From the human T2T-CHM13v2.0 reference genome, Homo sapiens: a stretch of 64,000 nt of DNA. Each line of letters starts with the position of its first letter. Position 1 is the first letter of the stretch. The position numbers and the translations under genes are program-made. Shown one piece after another: positions 29,951 to 41,101 of this stretch. The notes under the pieces are model-generated. The model was not told the origin of the DNA. It saw nothing but the letters and a program-made list of their open reading frames with translations, and did not search any database. The stretch is taken from assembly GCF_009914755.1 (NCBI RefSeq), contig NC_060945.1; one strand, 5' to 3'.

Positions 29951-30225
29951 GGGCCAGGCGCCGTGGCTCACACCTGCAATGGCTGCATAGTTTGCCATAA
30001 TGGCAAACTATGGGAGGGCAAGGTAGGCGGACCACTTGAGGTCAGGAGTTTGAGACCAGCCTGGCCAACCTGGCAAAACTGGGGAGGCTGAGGCAGGAGA
30101 ATTGCTTGAACCCAGGAGGCAGAGGTTTCAGTGAGATCATGCCACTGCACTCCAGCCTGAGCAACACAGAGAGACTCTGTCTCAAAAAAAAAAAAAGAGA
30201 AAGAAGAGAAGAAAGAAAGAAAGAG

Positions 30226-30260
<35 letters not shown>
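29951..30260 (+). mobile_element. Rearranged Alu (templated insertion plus internal deletion) with (AAAG)n tail
   Basis: TSD gaaaatgcctctcact (29935) / gaaaatgccactcacc (30261); see findings. Confidence 0.92.
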
Positions 30261-30324
30261 GAAAATGCCACTCACCATAGATTAGCCGGTGTCACCTGTT
30301 GGCCTTTCATTTTTTTTTTTTTTT

Positions 30325-30545
30325 AGATAAAATTCACCTTTCTCACCATTTTCAGTGTTTTTTAGTTATATTCACAGTGTTGAACAACTATCACCTTTAA
30401 TTCCAGAACGTTTTCATCATCCCAAAAGGAGCCTGTCACCCCAGTCCCCCTCGTGCTTCAGCCCCTGGCACCCACTCATTTGTTTTTGGACTCTGTGGAT
30501 GTGCCTATTCTGGAAGTTTCATGTAAAGGGAATCATACAATGTTT
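30325..30545 (-). mobile_element. L1M 3' fragment
   Basis: tatattcacagtgttg...ttccagaacgttttcatcatccc...gcctattctgga..tttcatgtaaa.ggaatcatacaat. Confidence 0.75.
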
Positions 30546-31717
30546 GTTTCTATTTTAATGTCTGTTGATCTGATGGATGGATCTGCCTTTGAGTTAAACA
30601 AGGGAGTTGGGCATTTGTTCATCATTTTGCCCATTATATTTATTCTTTGATCTTTGCCTATATTGCTTTTAGGGTCTTTCTGTTTTTATCAATCTGTACG
30701 AACCCCCTATATATTAAGGTGAATAACTCCGTGCAGCATTTTCTTTTGCACCAAAATATTTTGATGTGGATGAGAAAGAGCCATCTGCAAGGTGAAAAGG
30801 AACCGTAAAGGGCCACAGACAGCCCAGGAGTGTTTGGGCAGAGACTGGGGGCTTTGCCCAGCGGTATGACAGGAAGGCTGAATTTTTGTTGCATATGAGC
30901 CTCAAAGGCTGAATTTTTGTTGGAAATGCACCTTGGGGAGTTTCCTTCAGCCCCAGCTGGTACAGTCACAGACTCAGCCCCTTTGGCCACCTCCCCAGAT
31001 CTCTGCTCAGGCAGCTGCTAGTTAGGTCCAGGGGCCAGTCCTGCCTTGAGAAGCAGGAATGTTCTGGAGCTGAGGACCCAGACATCCAAGGGTGTCTTTC
31101 TAGACTTGTGCTATCCTCCTCTTCCCTGGAGAAGCTTCACCTCTCCACTGCCCACCTGCGGGTTCTGGCACTTTCCTCCCCCACCTGCCTCCTGGAAGGC
31201 GGTGAGGTGGAATTGTGGTTTATGGGTGCACCGAGCCTTTGGCTGAGCTGCTTAGCGGCCTGGAGTTTGCACCCAAGCATAGAAGACAGGCCCATAGGCC
31301 CAATTTTCAGGAACTCTGCAGCCAAGTAGAGGTCTTTCCTACATAAACAACATAGCAAATTAATGGGCCCAAGGAAAACTGGGATTAATGGGAAGAAAAT
31401 ATAAATGGCAACAAACAGTTTCACTGTGAATACCCTCATGTTCCTGAACAGCAAACATCAGCAACAGCTTGACACTTGGTTGAATGCACTTAACTGACTA
31501 CTTTGTGTAAATAACTACATCACTCACCCCCCCTCCCCATTAAGGATTTGGGGATTAAAACATAATTGTGGCATTTTGAAAACTAAAAAGCAGATTGAAT
31601 TTTTTCATTCTGCCAGATACAAACTTTGGTGGCTAATGTTTCCCTCAATGAAAGCAATGACTGTTAAATAAGAGTTCTTAATGGGTGGGAACTCCTTGAA
31701 GCTGAAGGCAAAATTCC

Positions 31718-31772
31718 TGTGTGCACATGTATATGCACGCGTGTGTGTGTGTGCACGCACGAGACGCACACA
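31718..31772. repeat. Imperfect (GT)/(CA) alternating tract before SIM2 exon 8
   Basis: gtgtgcacatgtatatgcacgcgtgtgtgtgtgtgcacgcac. Confidence 0.7.
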
Positions 31773-31916
31773 GACATGCACCCTCCAGCGGAGAAAGCCC
31801 GCCCCCTTTGTCAAGTTCTCAGAGGTGTCCTTGGGACAGAGGTCACCGTTGGGGGCAGCATCCCAGAGGTGGGGCCTGCGAAGCGTCTGAGGACTCATGT
31901 CACCTTGTGCTTGCAG

Positions 31917-32064
31917 TGTTGGTGAAGGGCCAGGTCACCACCAAGTACTACCGGCTGCTGTCCAAGCGGGGCGGCTGGGTGTGGGTGCAGAGCTACGCCA
32001 CCGTGGTGCACAACAGCCGCTCGTCCCGGCCCCACTGCATCGTGAGTGTCAATTATGTACTCAC
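31917..32064 (+). CDS. SIM2: SIM2 exon 8, (L)[48 protein letters not shown](T) (PAC)
   Basis: cttgcag acceptor, 148 nt, CAC|gtaagt donor; typical PAC motif GGWVWVQS. Confidence 0.97.
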
Positions 32065-32600
32065 GTAAGTCACACGTATTTGTTTCTCTCCTTGCTCTTT
32101 TCTCTTCCCTGTCCCACATCGGATGGCTCCAATAAGCACCATCTCTCTTTCTCTCTTTCTCAAACTGTTCATTTGTCTTCTGTTTTTTTTCTTTTTTTTA
32201 ATTTTTTTTTTTTAGGAATCTGGTCATTTTGGAAGGTGCAAACTATTTCTATGCTCAGCGGTGAAAGCCAAGTGCTAGGCTGCAGGGGGAGCCAGGAGGA
32301 GGGGGCCTGCCCTGGGCATAGCTTCGGATCCCATCACAGAACCTAGTGAGGAGCATGGGGGCGGATGGTGATGCCCCCCATCCTGAATAGGGTGCAAAGA
32401 GGGTGCACACCCCCCATCAAGAATATAAACTTGTGCTATCCATGCCTATAAGCCTTTAGGTCATCTTAGATGCTCCTGCTGTTTGAGACAGGAAATATCC
32501 CATTTTTTACCTGTCTTCTTATAGAGCCTGTTACAAATTAATCATGGTGAATATTTGGTCCTTTAAACACTCCAGAAGGTCAAGTTCAGTCGCAAATGCC

Positions 32601-32831
<231 letters not shown>

Positions 32832-33584
32832 TAGCTATTGTACGTTCAATCACCTTGCTCCAGGCTCTGACCCTTGCCATGCCGCCAGCCCCATGATGAA
32901 AAGAGTTCTCGTTTGCACTTTACATGGGGTGAGGATTTAGGCTCTAGGTTTGTTCATAGAATGACTGTGTCTTAGAAGTCAAGTGATTCTGACAAAACTG
33001 TCAGGGAGAAAACAGTTTAGCCCTTTAGTTATTCTTCCTGAGCAAATGTGTGGGCTGGTTCTCCAGGTCGACCTCTCCTTGTGTGAACATGACCCTGCTG
33101 AGTTGGTTCTTTAGGGCAGAGATGGGCCCCCGATGTGAGAATGCACAAAGCTGGTGGTCAGGCTCCCAGACCTGTGAAGAGTCCCGGACTCTTGCCTCCT
33201 GGGGTGCTAACTGGAGAGGCAGCTGGGCCACAGGTGTGCATGTTGGATGCAGGTGGACCTGATCAATGGTATTTCTGCCTGTCTCTTTTTCCCTTGGTGG
33301 CTTTCCTCATGGCCCACGACCTCCCCGAGCAATGTGTTTGGGGTTTTATTGGACTGGAGAGAGCTCTGACCTGGCTCAGCATTTCCTGGGGTGGCCCAGC
33401 CTGGGGCTGCAGATGGCTTTTATAATGAGGGTGAGCTGGCCTTGTCTCAAATCCCATCCACATCCAATCCCAGTGAAAAGACACACTGGAGCACTGAGAA
33501 CGCCCTGCCCAAGGGCTGGGGCCAGGGAAGCTGCTCGGCCTCCAGCGCCTGCTGGACATGACTCGGCCCACTCTCGCCTTCCAG

Positions 33585-33753
33585 GGAGATTGAATACAAG
33601 GAACTTCAGCTGTCCCTGGAGCAGGTGTCCACTGCCAAGTCCCAGGACTCCTGGAGGACCGCCTTGTCTACCTCACAAGAAACTAGGAAATTAGTGAAAC
33701 CCAAAAATACCAAGATGAAGACAAAGCTGAGAACAAACCCTTACCCCCCACAG
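33585..33753 (+). CDS. SIM2: SIM2 exon 9, EIEYKELQLSLEQ...RKLVKPKNTKMKTKLRTNPYPPQ (contains the basic/PY-type NLS from 33685)
   Basis: ccttccag acceptor, 169 nt, CAG|gtaaca donor. Confidence 0.96.
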
Positions 33754-34067
33754 GTAACACGCATGTCCTGCAGTTTTGGGGTGCTGACATCTATCCTAGG
33801 GGTTCGGGACACCTGGACACATTAAGGAATGGGGAGCCTCTCATTGCACAGCAGGGATCTCCCTGCCGTGGAGCAAGGTCCCTCTGGGATGTCTTGCCTA
33901 CACAGTAGTGACAGCCCGGGGAAGGCCGACATCCCGGTGGGCTAGTCAAGTTTAGGAAACAGAAGACTAAATTGGAAAGGCACTTCAGCCCACTAGAATC
34001 CATGGGTTAGATTCTAATGGGCTTGACGGGTTGGAATCCACGGGTTAGATTCTAGACTGGTGGGTTA

Positions 34068-34462
<395 letters not shown>

Positions 34463-34509
34463 TCATTAGCAGATAGACCAGTTGAACGTCACGGCCTCCA
34501 CATTATGAC

Positions 34510-34684
34510 AAAAAAAAAAAAAAAAAGAAAGAAGGAAAAGAAAGGAAGGGAGGGAGGGAGGGAAGGAAAGACGGAAGGAAGGAAGGAAGGGAAGGAAGGA
34601 AGAAAAGAAAAAAGAAATAAAGAAAGAAAGAAAAACAAAGAAAGAAAGAGAAAGAAGGAAAAAGAGAAAGAAAGAAAGAAAGAG
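34510..34684. repeat. Polypurine (A/GGAA/AAAG)n tract upstream of SIM2 exon 10
   Basis: Almost pure A/G for about 175 bp. Confidence 0.95.
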
Positions 34685-34921
34685 TCCATGTGTGCCTGAT
34701 GTCTTGTTAGCTTGGGGTGGGGGATCTCTTTCCACCCTGGGAGCAGGTCACTGGGGTATCGCTCGCTGTGTGCCTGTCCCCAGTGGGACCTTGCAGTGGT
34801 GGCGAGGGTAGGGGCAGCCCTTGGATGGGGTTGGGCCCCGTCGGGACGGTTCTTGCAGGGCCGGAAGGCAGCTTCCTGCCGGCCCCTCGCTGGCCCTTCA
34901 TCCATCTTCTTTGCCATGCAG

Positions 34922-35330
34922 CAATACAGCTCGTTCCAAATGGACAAACTGGAATGCGGCCAGCTCGGAAACTGGAGAGCCAGTCCCCCTGCAAGCGCTG
35001 CTGCTCCTCCAGAACTGCAGCCCCACTCAGAAAGCAGTGACCTTCTGTACACGCCATCCTACAGCCTGCCCTTCTCCTACCATTACGGACACTTCCCTCT
35101 GGACTCTCACGTCTTCAGCAGCAAAAAGCCAATGTTGCCGGCCAAGTTCGGGCAGCCCCAAGGATCCCCTTGTGAGGTGGCACGCTTTTTCCTGAGCACA
35201 ATGCCAGCCAGCGGTGAATGCCAGTGGCATTATGCCAACCCCCTAGTGCCTAGCAGCTCGTCTCCAGCTAAAAATCCTCCAGAGCCACCGGCGAACACTG
35301 CTAGGCACAGCCTGGTGCCAAGCTACGAAG
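34922..35330 (+). CDS. SIM2: SIM2 exon 10 (shared part), QYSSFQMDK...HSLVPSYE; Pro/Ser-rich repression region
   Basis: catgcag acceptor, 409 nt, AAG|gtgggt donor used by the long isoform. Confidence 0.96.
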
Positions 35331-35467
35331 GTGGGTCAGGTCTGCTCGTGGGGAAGGTGGGAGGACTGCGCACGGCCGGGAGCCGAAGCAGCCATGGCGG
35401 TGGGTGGCAGATGGAGACAGAACCCTCACGCTTTGGGCAAACTTGCCCTCTTTCTGCTTCTAAGTAG
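35331..35467 (+). CDS. SIM2: SIM2-short (SIM2s) unique C-terminus from read-through of the exon 10 donor, (G)GSGLLVGKV...CPLSASK*
   Basis: Frame stays open to TAG at 35465-35467. Adding the remembered 258 coding nt of exons 1-2 gives 570 aa, the known SIM2s length. Confidence 0.9.
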
Positions 35468-36190
35468 GGCTTGCTGTGCTTTCTTGCTCTCAATGCAGGT
35501 GCTCCTCGAGAGTGAGAAATGGCAGTCTGCCTGCCTCGGGGACACTAGTGACAGTATAAAGGGCAAAGGAAAACCGAGTATCTGGCCTTCACGTAAATCC
35601 TGGCCACATTCACCAACCAAAGGGGGACAGTGATTTTCAAAACCAGCTCCCATGTGCTGAGAACACCCCAGCTGCATTTCTTTTGCAAGATTCCTTTCCA
35701 CTCCAACCAGAAGTGAATATTTGAGACAAACGGCCTATTGGCTATTTTCCCATGCCAGTTTTGGAAGTGGGGAAAACTATGGTGGAAATTTGTGGGCTTG
35801 GGGACAGAAATGCCACTCACCAACCCAGGGCAAAGAACACAAACCCTCCAGGCCTCAGTTTCTTCACCTGTAAAATGGGGTGAAGCTGTGATGTGCCTAC
35901 TCCCAAGGACACGACACACAGTAGGGACCTGCCCTGTACATGCTAGTTCAACAGAAAGGAATGGCCTTTCACCTTCTCCTGCTGGCAGGCAAGCAGATGT
36001 CCTCTGCGGAGATACCGCCAGCTCCCCAGGACGCAGACTGACTCCTGTTTGCTCGCTGGACCAACCCCAGGCAGAAGGTGGAAGGTGGGAACAGAGGTTT
36101 AGCTGCAGGACATGTATTCCCATTGCACCGAGACCTAACTGCCGCTCAGAGTGTAGACCGAGATGGTGCAGATGCCTGCAGTGCCACTAA

Positions 36191-36530
<340 letters not shown>

Positions 36531-37433
36531 GGATGATGTGCCTCAGAAAAGCAGCACACCAGCCCCTGCTTAAGAAGACAGCTCTTGGAAGTTCCTCCAC
36601 GCCTCTCTCGAGGCAGGTAGGGCTCTGCTCCTTCTGGGCCTCATCCTGCTTTTTCTGCAAATCCTAGGAATCTCTTGCTCTGTATTGTGACTTGAGGCTG
36701 AGATAACATTTCTTCCCAAATCTGAGAAGAGAGATAGATTACGGGAGAATGCCGCCTTTCTGGAAATCACTAGGACATGTTTTTTCAGAAGTAGCTAACT
36801 TAGAAAAGACCACATTGGTGACCAGGGCCAGGCCCCCTGCCTTTTGACCTGGCCTGTCCCAGGAGCCACGGATCCCTTAGATTTGCATCTGCCATACCCG
36901 TGAACATCTTGGGCCCCTCATATAACCAAGGAAGGGATCTCCAGAACATCCAAGCAAAGGAAGACAAAGCAAAGGGTTTTGATAACAGCTGAAAGTATTA
37001 CCCACTTGAGATTGACTTGAATTTGTGTGTCGGAAGCTGGCTAATGCTGTCACATGGTATTTGACTTTTACCACTATTTTAAAAGTGAAAGAGGTTAACA
37101 ATCTCCTTATCACACACTTGATAAAAAGTGGACCAAAGGTGCTAATTTGAGGCAATTTGCGATCAGCTTCCTAGTCTTTTTGGTATTAAAGGAAGACAAA
37201 TTTTGCCATATAGTGTTTAAAAACAAACAAACAAACAAAGACAAAAAAAACCCACAAGCCAGGGAGCTACTTAATGTCAGGCATCGGACTGAGTAGATGG
37301 GAGTGGTTATTTTTCATTATGACACGGCGAAACCGATCGGGGTGGTTACCACCCCTCTCCACTAAGGGACGGGCAGAAGAAATCAGAGCAGACGGGGGCC
37401 CTCCAACACCAGGGCCCCTGGTGGCCTCTAGAC

Positions 37434-37710
37434 CTCTGCCGTCCAATCAGGTAGCCACCAACCCCGTGTGGTCTTGAACATGGAAATGTGGCCAGTGCAG
37501 TGAGGCAGGTGTGACCTGCGCTCTGCATCTCAGGACCAAAAAAAAAAAAAAGAAAATATCCCAATAATTGTTTCACACGGATTCCATTGAGAGAGTATTT
37601 TGGATATGCTGCATTAACGTGTATTACTTAACAGGCATTCCACCTGTTTCCCTGCTTTGTAACGCGGCTCCTGGAACATTTCAGGTCGCGTCCTGAGATT
37701 GGACAGCACG
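37434..37710. mobile_element. MER33-like hAT-Charlie DNA transposon
   Basis: TIRs ctgccgtccaat / attggacagcac; 8-bp TSD-like flanks ctctagac (37426) and gcctagac (37711); internal ggtagccac...gtgtgg...aaatgtggccagtg. Confidence 0.7.
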
Positions 37711-38580
37711 GCCTAGACTAAGGCGGGGGAGGGCGACAGCGACCCCGCGGGTGCAGCGCGTGGGCGGCCGAGGGGTGGTGGCTGCGCCCGGGGCTTGGGG
37801 GTGGGGTGGCTGCGGCCGCGCCCCTTGCTGCCCTCTAACGTGTCGCCTGTCCCCGCAGCGCCCGCCGCCGCCGTGCGCAGGTTCGGCGAGGACACCGCGC
37901 CCCCGAGCTTCCCGAGCTGCGGCCACTACCGCGAGGAGCCCGCGCTGGGCCCGGCCAAAGCCGCCCGCCAGGCCGCCCGGGACGGGGCGCGGCTGGCGCT
38001 GGCCCGCGCGGCACCCGAGTGCTGCGCGCCCCCGACCCCCGAGGCCCCGGGCGCGCCGGCGCAGCTGCCCTTCGTGCTGCTCAACTACCACCGCGTGCTG
38101 GCCCGGCGCGGACCGCTGGGGGGCGCCGCACCCGCCGCCTCCGGCCTGGCCTGCGCTCCCGGCGGCCCCGAGGCGGCGACCGGCGCGCTGCGGCTCCGGC
38201 ACCCGAGCCCCGCCGCCACCTCCCCGCCCGGCGCGCCCCTGCCGCACTACCTGGGCGCCTCGGTCATCATCACCAACGGGAGGTGACCCGCTGGCCGCCC
38301 GCGCCAGGAGCCTGGACCCGGCCTCCCGGGGCTGCGGCGCCACCGAGCCCGGCAAATGCGCACGACCTACATTAATTTATGCAGAGACAGCTGTTTGAAT
38401 TGGACCCCGCCGCCGACTTGCGGATTTCCACCGCGGAGGCCGCGCGCGCCGGTGCCGAGGGCCGAGGAGCGCCCGGGTCCGGGCAGGTGACCGCCCGCCT
38501 CTGTCCTGCGAGGGCCGGTGCGACCCAGTTGCTGGGGGCTTGGTTTCCTCACCTTGAAATCGGGCTTCACGCGTCTTGCC
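37660..38580. promoter_or_regulatory. CpG island over SIM2 terminal exon 11
   Basis: Very high GC and dense CpG visible across about 900 bp. Confidence 0.9.
37859..38286 (+). CDS. SIM2: SIM2-long terminal coding exon 11, (A)PAAAVRRFGEDT...GASVIITNGR*; Pro/Ala-rich
   Basis: ccccgcag acceptor, TGA at 38284-38286; total comes to 667 aa with the remembered exons 1-2; C-terminal SVIITNG motif shared with SIM1. Confidence 0.96.
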
Positions 38581-38835
38581 TTGTCCCCAACGTTCCACAA
38601 CAGTCCCGCTGGGGGATTGAAGCGGTTTCACTCCGCAAATATCCTCCACTTTCAGGAGGGAAAACCCACCCTACCACAGTCCGCTCTTCCAAGTGGACGG
38701 CAGACCTGGGAGGGGACGCCTGTGTCACGAGCCCTTTTAGATGCTTAGGTGAAGGCAGAAGTGATGATTGTAAGTCCCATGAATACACAACTCCACTGTC
38801 TTTAAAAGTCATTCAAGAGTCTCATTATTTTTGTT

Positions 38836-38841
38836 TTTATT
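38836..38841 (-). terminator. Candidate distal HLCS polyadenylation signal inside the SIM2 3' UTR
   Basis: TTTATT on the plus strand = AATAAA on the minus strand. Confidence 0.45.
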
Positions 38842-39967
38842 TAACCCTTTCTTCAATACAAAAAGCCAACAAACCAAGACTAAGGGGGTGACCATGCAAT
38901 TCCATTTTGTGTCTGTGAACATAGGTGTGCTTCCCAAATACATTAACAAGCTCTTACTTCCCCCTAACCCCTATGAACTCTTGATAACACCAAGAGTAGC
39001 ACCTTCAGAATATATTGAATAGGCATTAAATGCAAAAATATATATGTAGCCAGACAGTTTATGAGAATGACCCTGTCAAGCTTCATTATTACGTGGCAAA
39101 ATCCCTCTGGCCCACACAGATCTGTAATTCACTAGGCTCGTGTTTGCTACAAATAGTGCTAATAAAGTTAAATTGCACGTGCAATACGGAACACTGTCAA
39201 TGGACTGCACCTTGTGAAGGAAAAACATGCTTAAGGGGGTGTAATGAAAATGATGTAGACATTTTAAGCATTTTCTACACAGCGAGAAAACTTCGTAAGA
39301 ACATGTTACGTGTGCAACAGGTAAACAGAAATCCTTTCATAAAGCACCAGCAGTGTTTAAAAAATGAGCTTCCATTAATTTTTACTTTTTATGGGTTTTG
39401 CTTAAAGATCTCAACATGGAAAAATCCTGCCATGGCTCTGAACTGCACAATGCATTGAACCGCCGTCCTTCAATTTTCTTCACACTATCAACACTGCAGC
39501 ATTTTGCTGCTTTATCAAAATGGTTTATTTTAGGAAACTTTTTCCACCTTTCTGAATGGAAAGAGGTTTTCACAAATGTTTTAAACTCATCGTTCTAAAA
39601 TCAAGTGCACCTACACCAACTGCTCTCAAAATGTGAACTGACTTTTTTTTTTTTTTTTTGCCAACCCTGTGTCACTTAGTGAGGACCTGACACAATCCCT
39701 ACAGGGTGTCTGTCAGTGGGCCTCATGGTAAGAGTCACAATTTGCAAATTTAGGACCGTGGGTCATGCAGCGAAGGGGCTGGATGGTAGGAAGGGATGTG
39801 CCCGCCTCTCCACGCACTCAGCTATACCTCATTCACAGCTCCTTGTGAGTGTGTGCACAGGAAATAAGCCGAGGGTATTATTTTTTTATGTTCATGAGTC
39901 TTGTAATTAAACCGTGATTCTTGAAAGGTGTAGGTTTGATTACTAGGAGATACCACCGACATTTTTC

Positions 39968-40039
39968 AATAAAGTACTGCAAAATGCTTTTGTGTCTACC
40001 TTGTTATTAACTTTTGGGGCTGTATTTAGTAAAAATAAA
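39968..40039 (+). terminator. Candidate SIM2 polyadenylation signals (AATAAA 39968-39973 and 40034-40039)
   Basis: Canonical hexamers near the end of the AT-rich UTR; the first is followed by U/GU-rich sequence. Confidence 0.65.
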
Positions 40040-41095
40040 TCAAGGCTATCGGAGCAGTTCAATAACAAAGGTTACTGTTGAGAAAAAAGACCCTATCATA
40101 GATTTACAAGTGACAACGTGGACAGGCGTAACAGAGTGTGTATGTACTTGAAAATGTGTACTAGTGAAAACGTCCTTGTCTAAACAAACTTCGTTTTCAT
40201 AACCTAGAACATGAAGGAAGATTCTTACACGAGCTGGCTTCAGGACGGCCAGGGCTGAGTGTGAAGTCAGCAGAGCTGTTACTGTGGCAACCTAATATTG
40301 TGACCTCCATCTTGAAGAGTCTGCACATTTAAGCTGGGGATAGCGTTTCTTGACTTCTGTGAGGCTCCGGCAGGGGAAGAGGAAGCATTTTAATACATAT
40401 GCCTCTCTTTTACAAAAAAGAAAAAAAAATCATCGTAGGCCCTAACATGTACCATGTTGACAAAAATGCCAGATCAAATGGATTTGAGAAATAAGCCCAA
40501 TTCAAGGCTGGCTCAGCCCTCCACGGGGCCTCCCAGGGAAAGGAATTCCTTTATGTTCTTGGAAGCCCTTTTCTAGAAAAGCCATTCCATTCATACCTTT
40601 GTAGAGCAGTGGGCTGGGTGTGGAGGGCAGCGCGGAGGGTATCTGCAAGAGCCTGTATTTTCCGCCTCCCTTGCCCCCACTCCTTTTATCCTTTTAAAAG
40701 TCCTATCAGCCCTGCCTTCGTCCCTTCCGCCCTAAGCCCTAAGAGTGGGGGAGGTTTAATACGGCCAATGGATCTTGTATAAAGTCTACGTAAGTTTTAA
40801 TTTACCAGAGCTATAAGATGGTTAAGGTAGACTAGTGGGGACTGCTACAGATAAAATGAGATACAAAGAACATTTGCAAATAAATGCCATAAAATTACAG
40901 TAGCTTGGAATTTTAGTGAATCATGGCCCTTGTGTTATCTAGAATGCTAATTATTCAAGCTGTTCCTAAACTTAAGTATGACATATAAGATTAAAATCTT
41001 GGGGGGAAAAACTGTTCAGATGAAAAGTCAAGTCAAGAAGTTTCCACAAAAGAAAAGAAAAATCCTAAAAACAATCTAGCTGTTGTTACATTAAA

Positions 41096-41101
41096 TTTAT
41101 T
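41096..41101 (-). terminator. Candidate HLCS polyadenylation signal
   Basis: AATAAA on the minus strand followed by a U-rich downstream tract (plus-strand A-runs at 41048-41072). Confidence 0.65.

Larger units (their letters stand above)
38287..40110 (+). other. SIM2: SIM2-long 3' UTR (3' end approximate)
   Basis: Follows the stop codon; repeat-free; AATAAA at 39161, 39968 and 40034. Confidence 0.75.

Noticed and set aside
30874-30922. 18-bp direct repeat AAGGCTGAATTTTTGTTG twice (and a similar 18-bp tandem near 55466)
   Set aside because: Ordinary slippage duplications; only two copies, and no spacer array or CRISPR-like structure.
37681-38398. Long overlapping ORFs (215 aa + strand alternative frame; 224 aa - strand) across SIM2 exon 11
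   Set aside because: Expected from stop-codon scarcity in a CpG island; low-complexity Arg/Pro/Gly/Ala translations with no recognisable domain.
40763-40782. CCAAT followed by TATAAA between the two genes
   Set aside because: Spacing is too tight for a CAAT/TATA promoter and the region is AT-rich UTR-type DNA.
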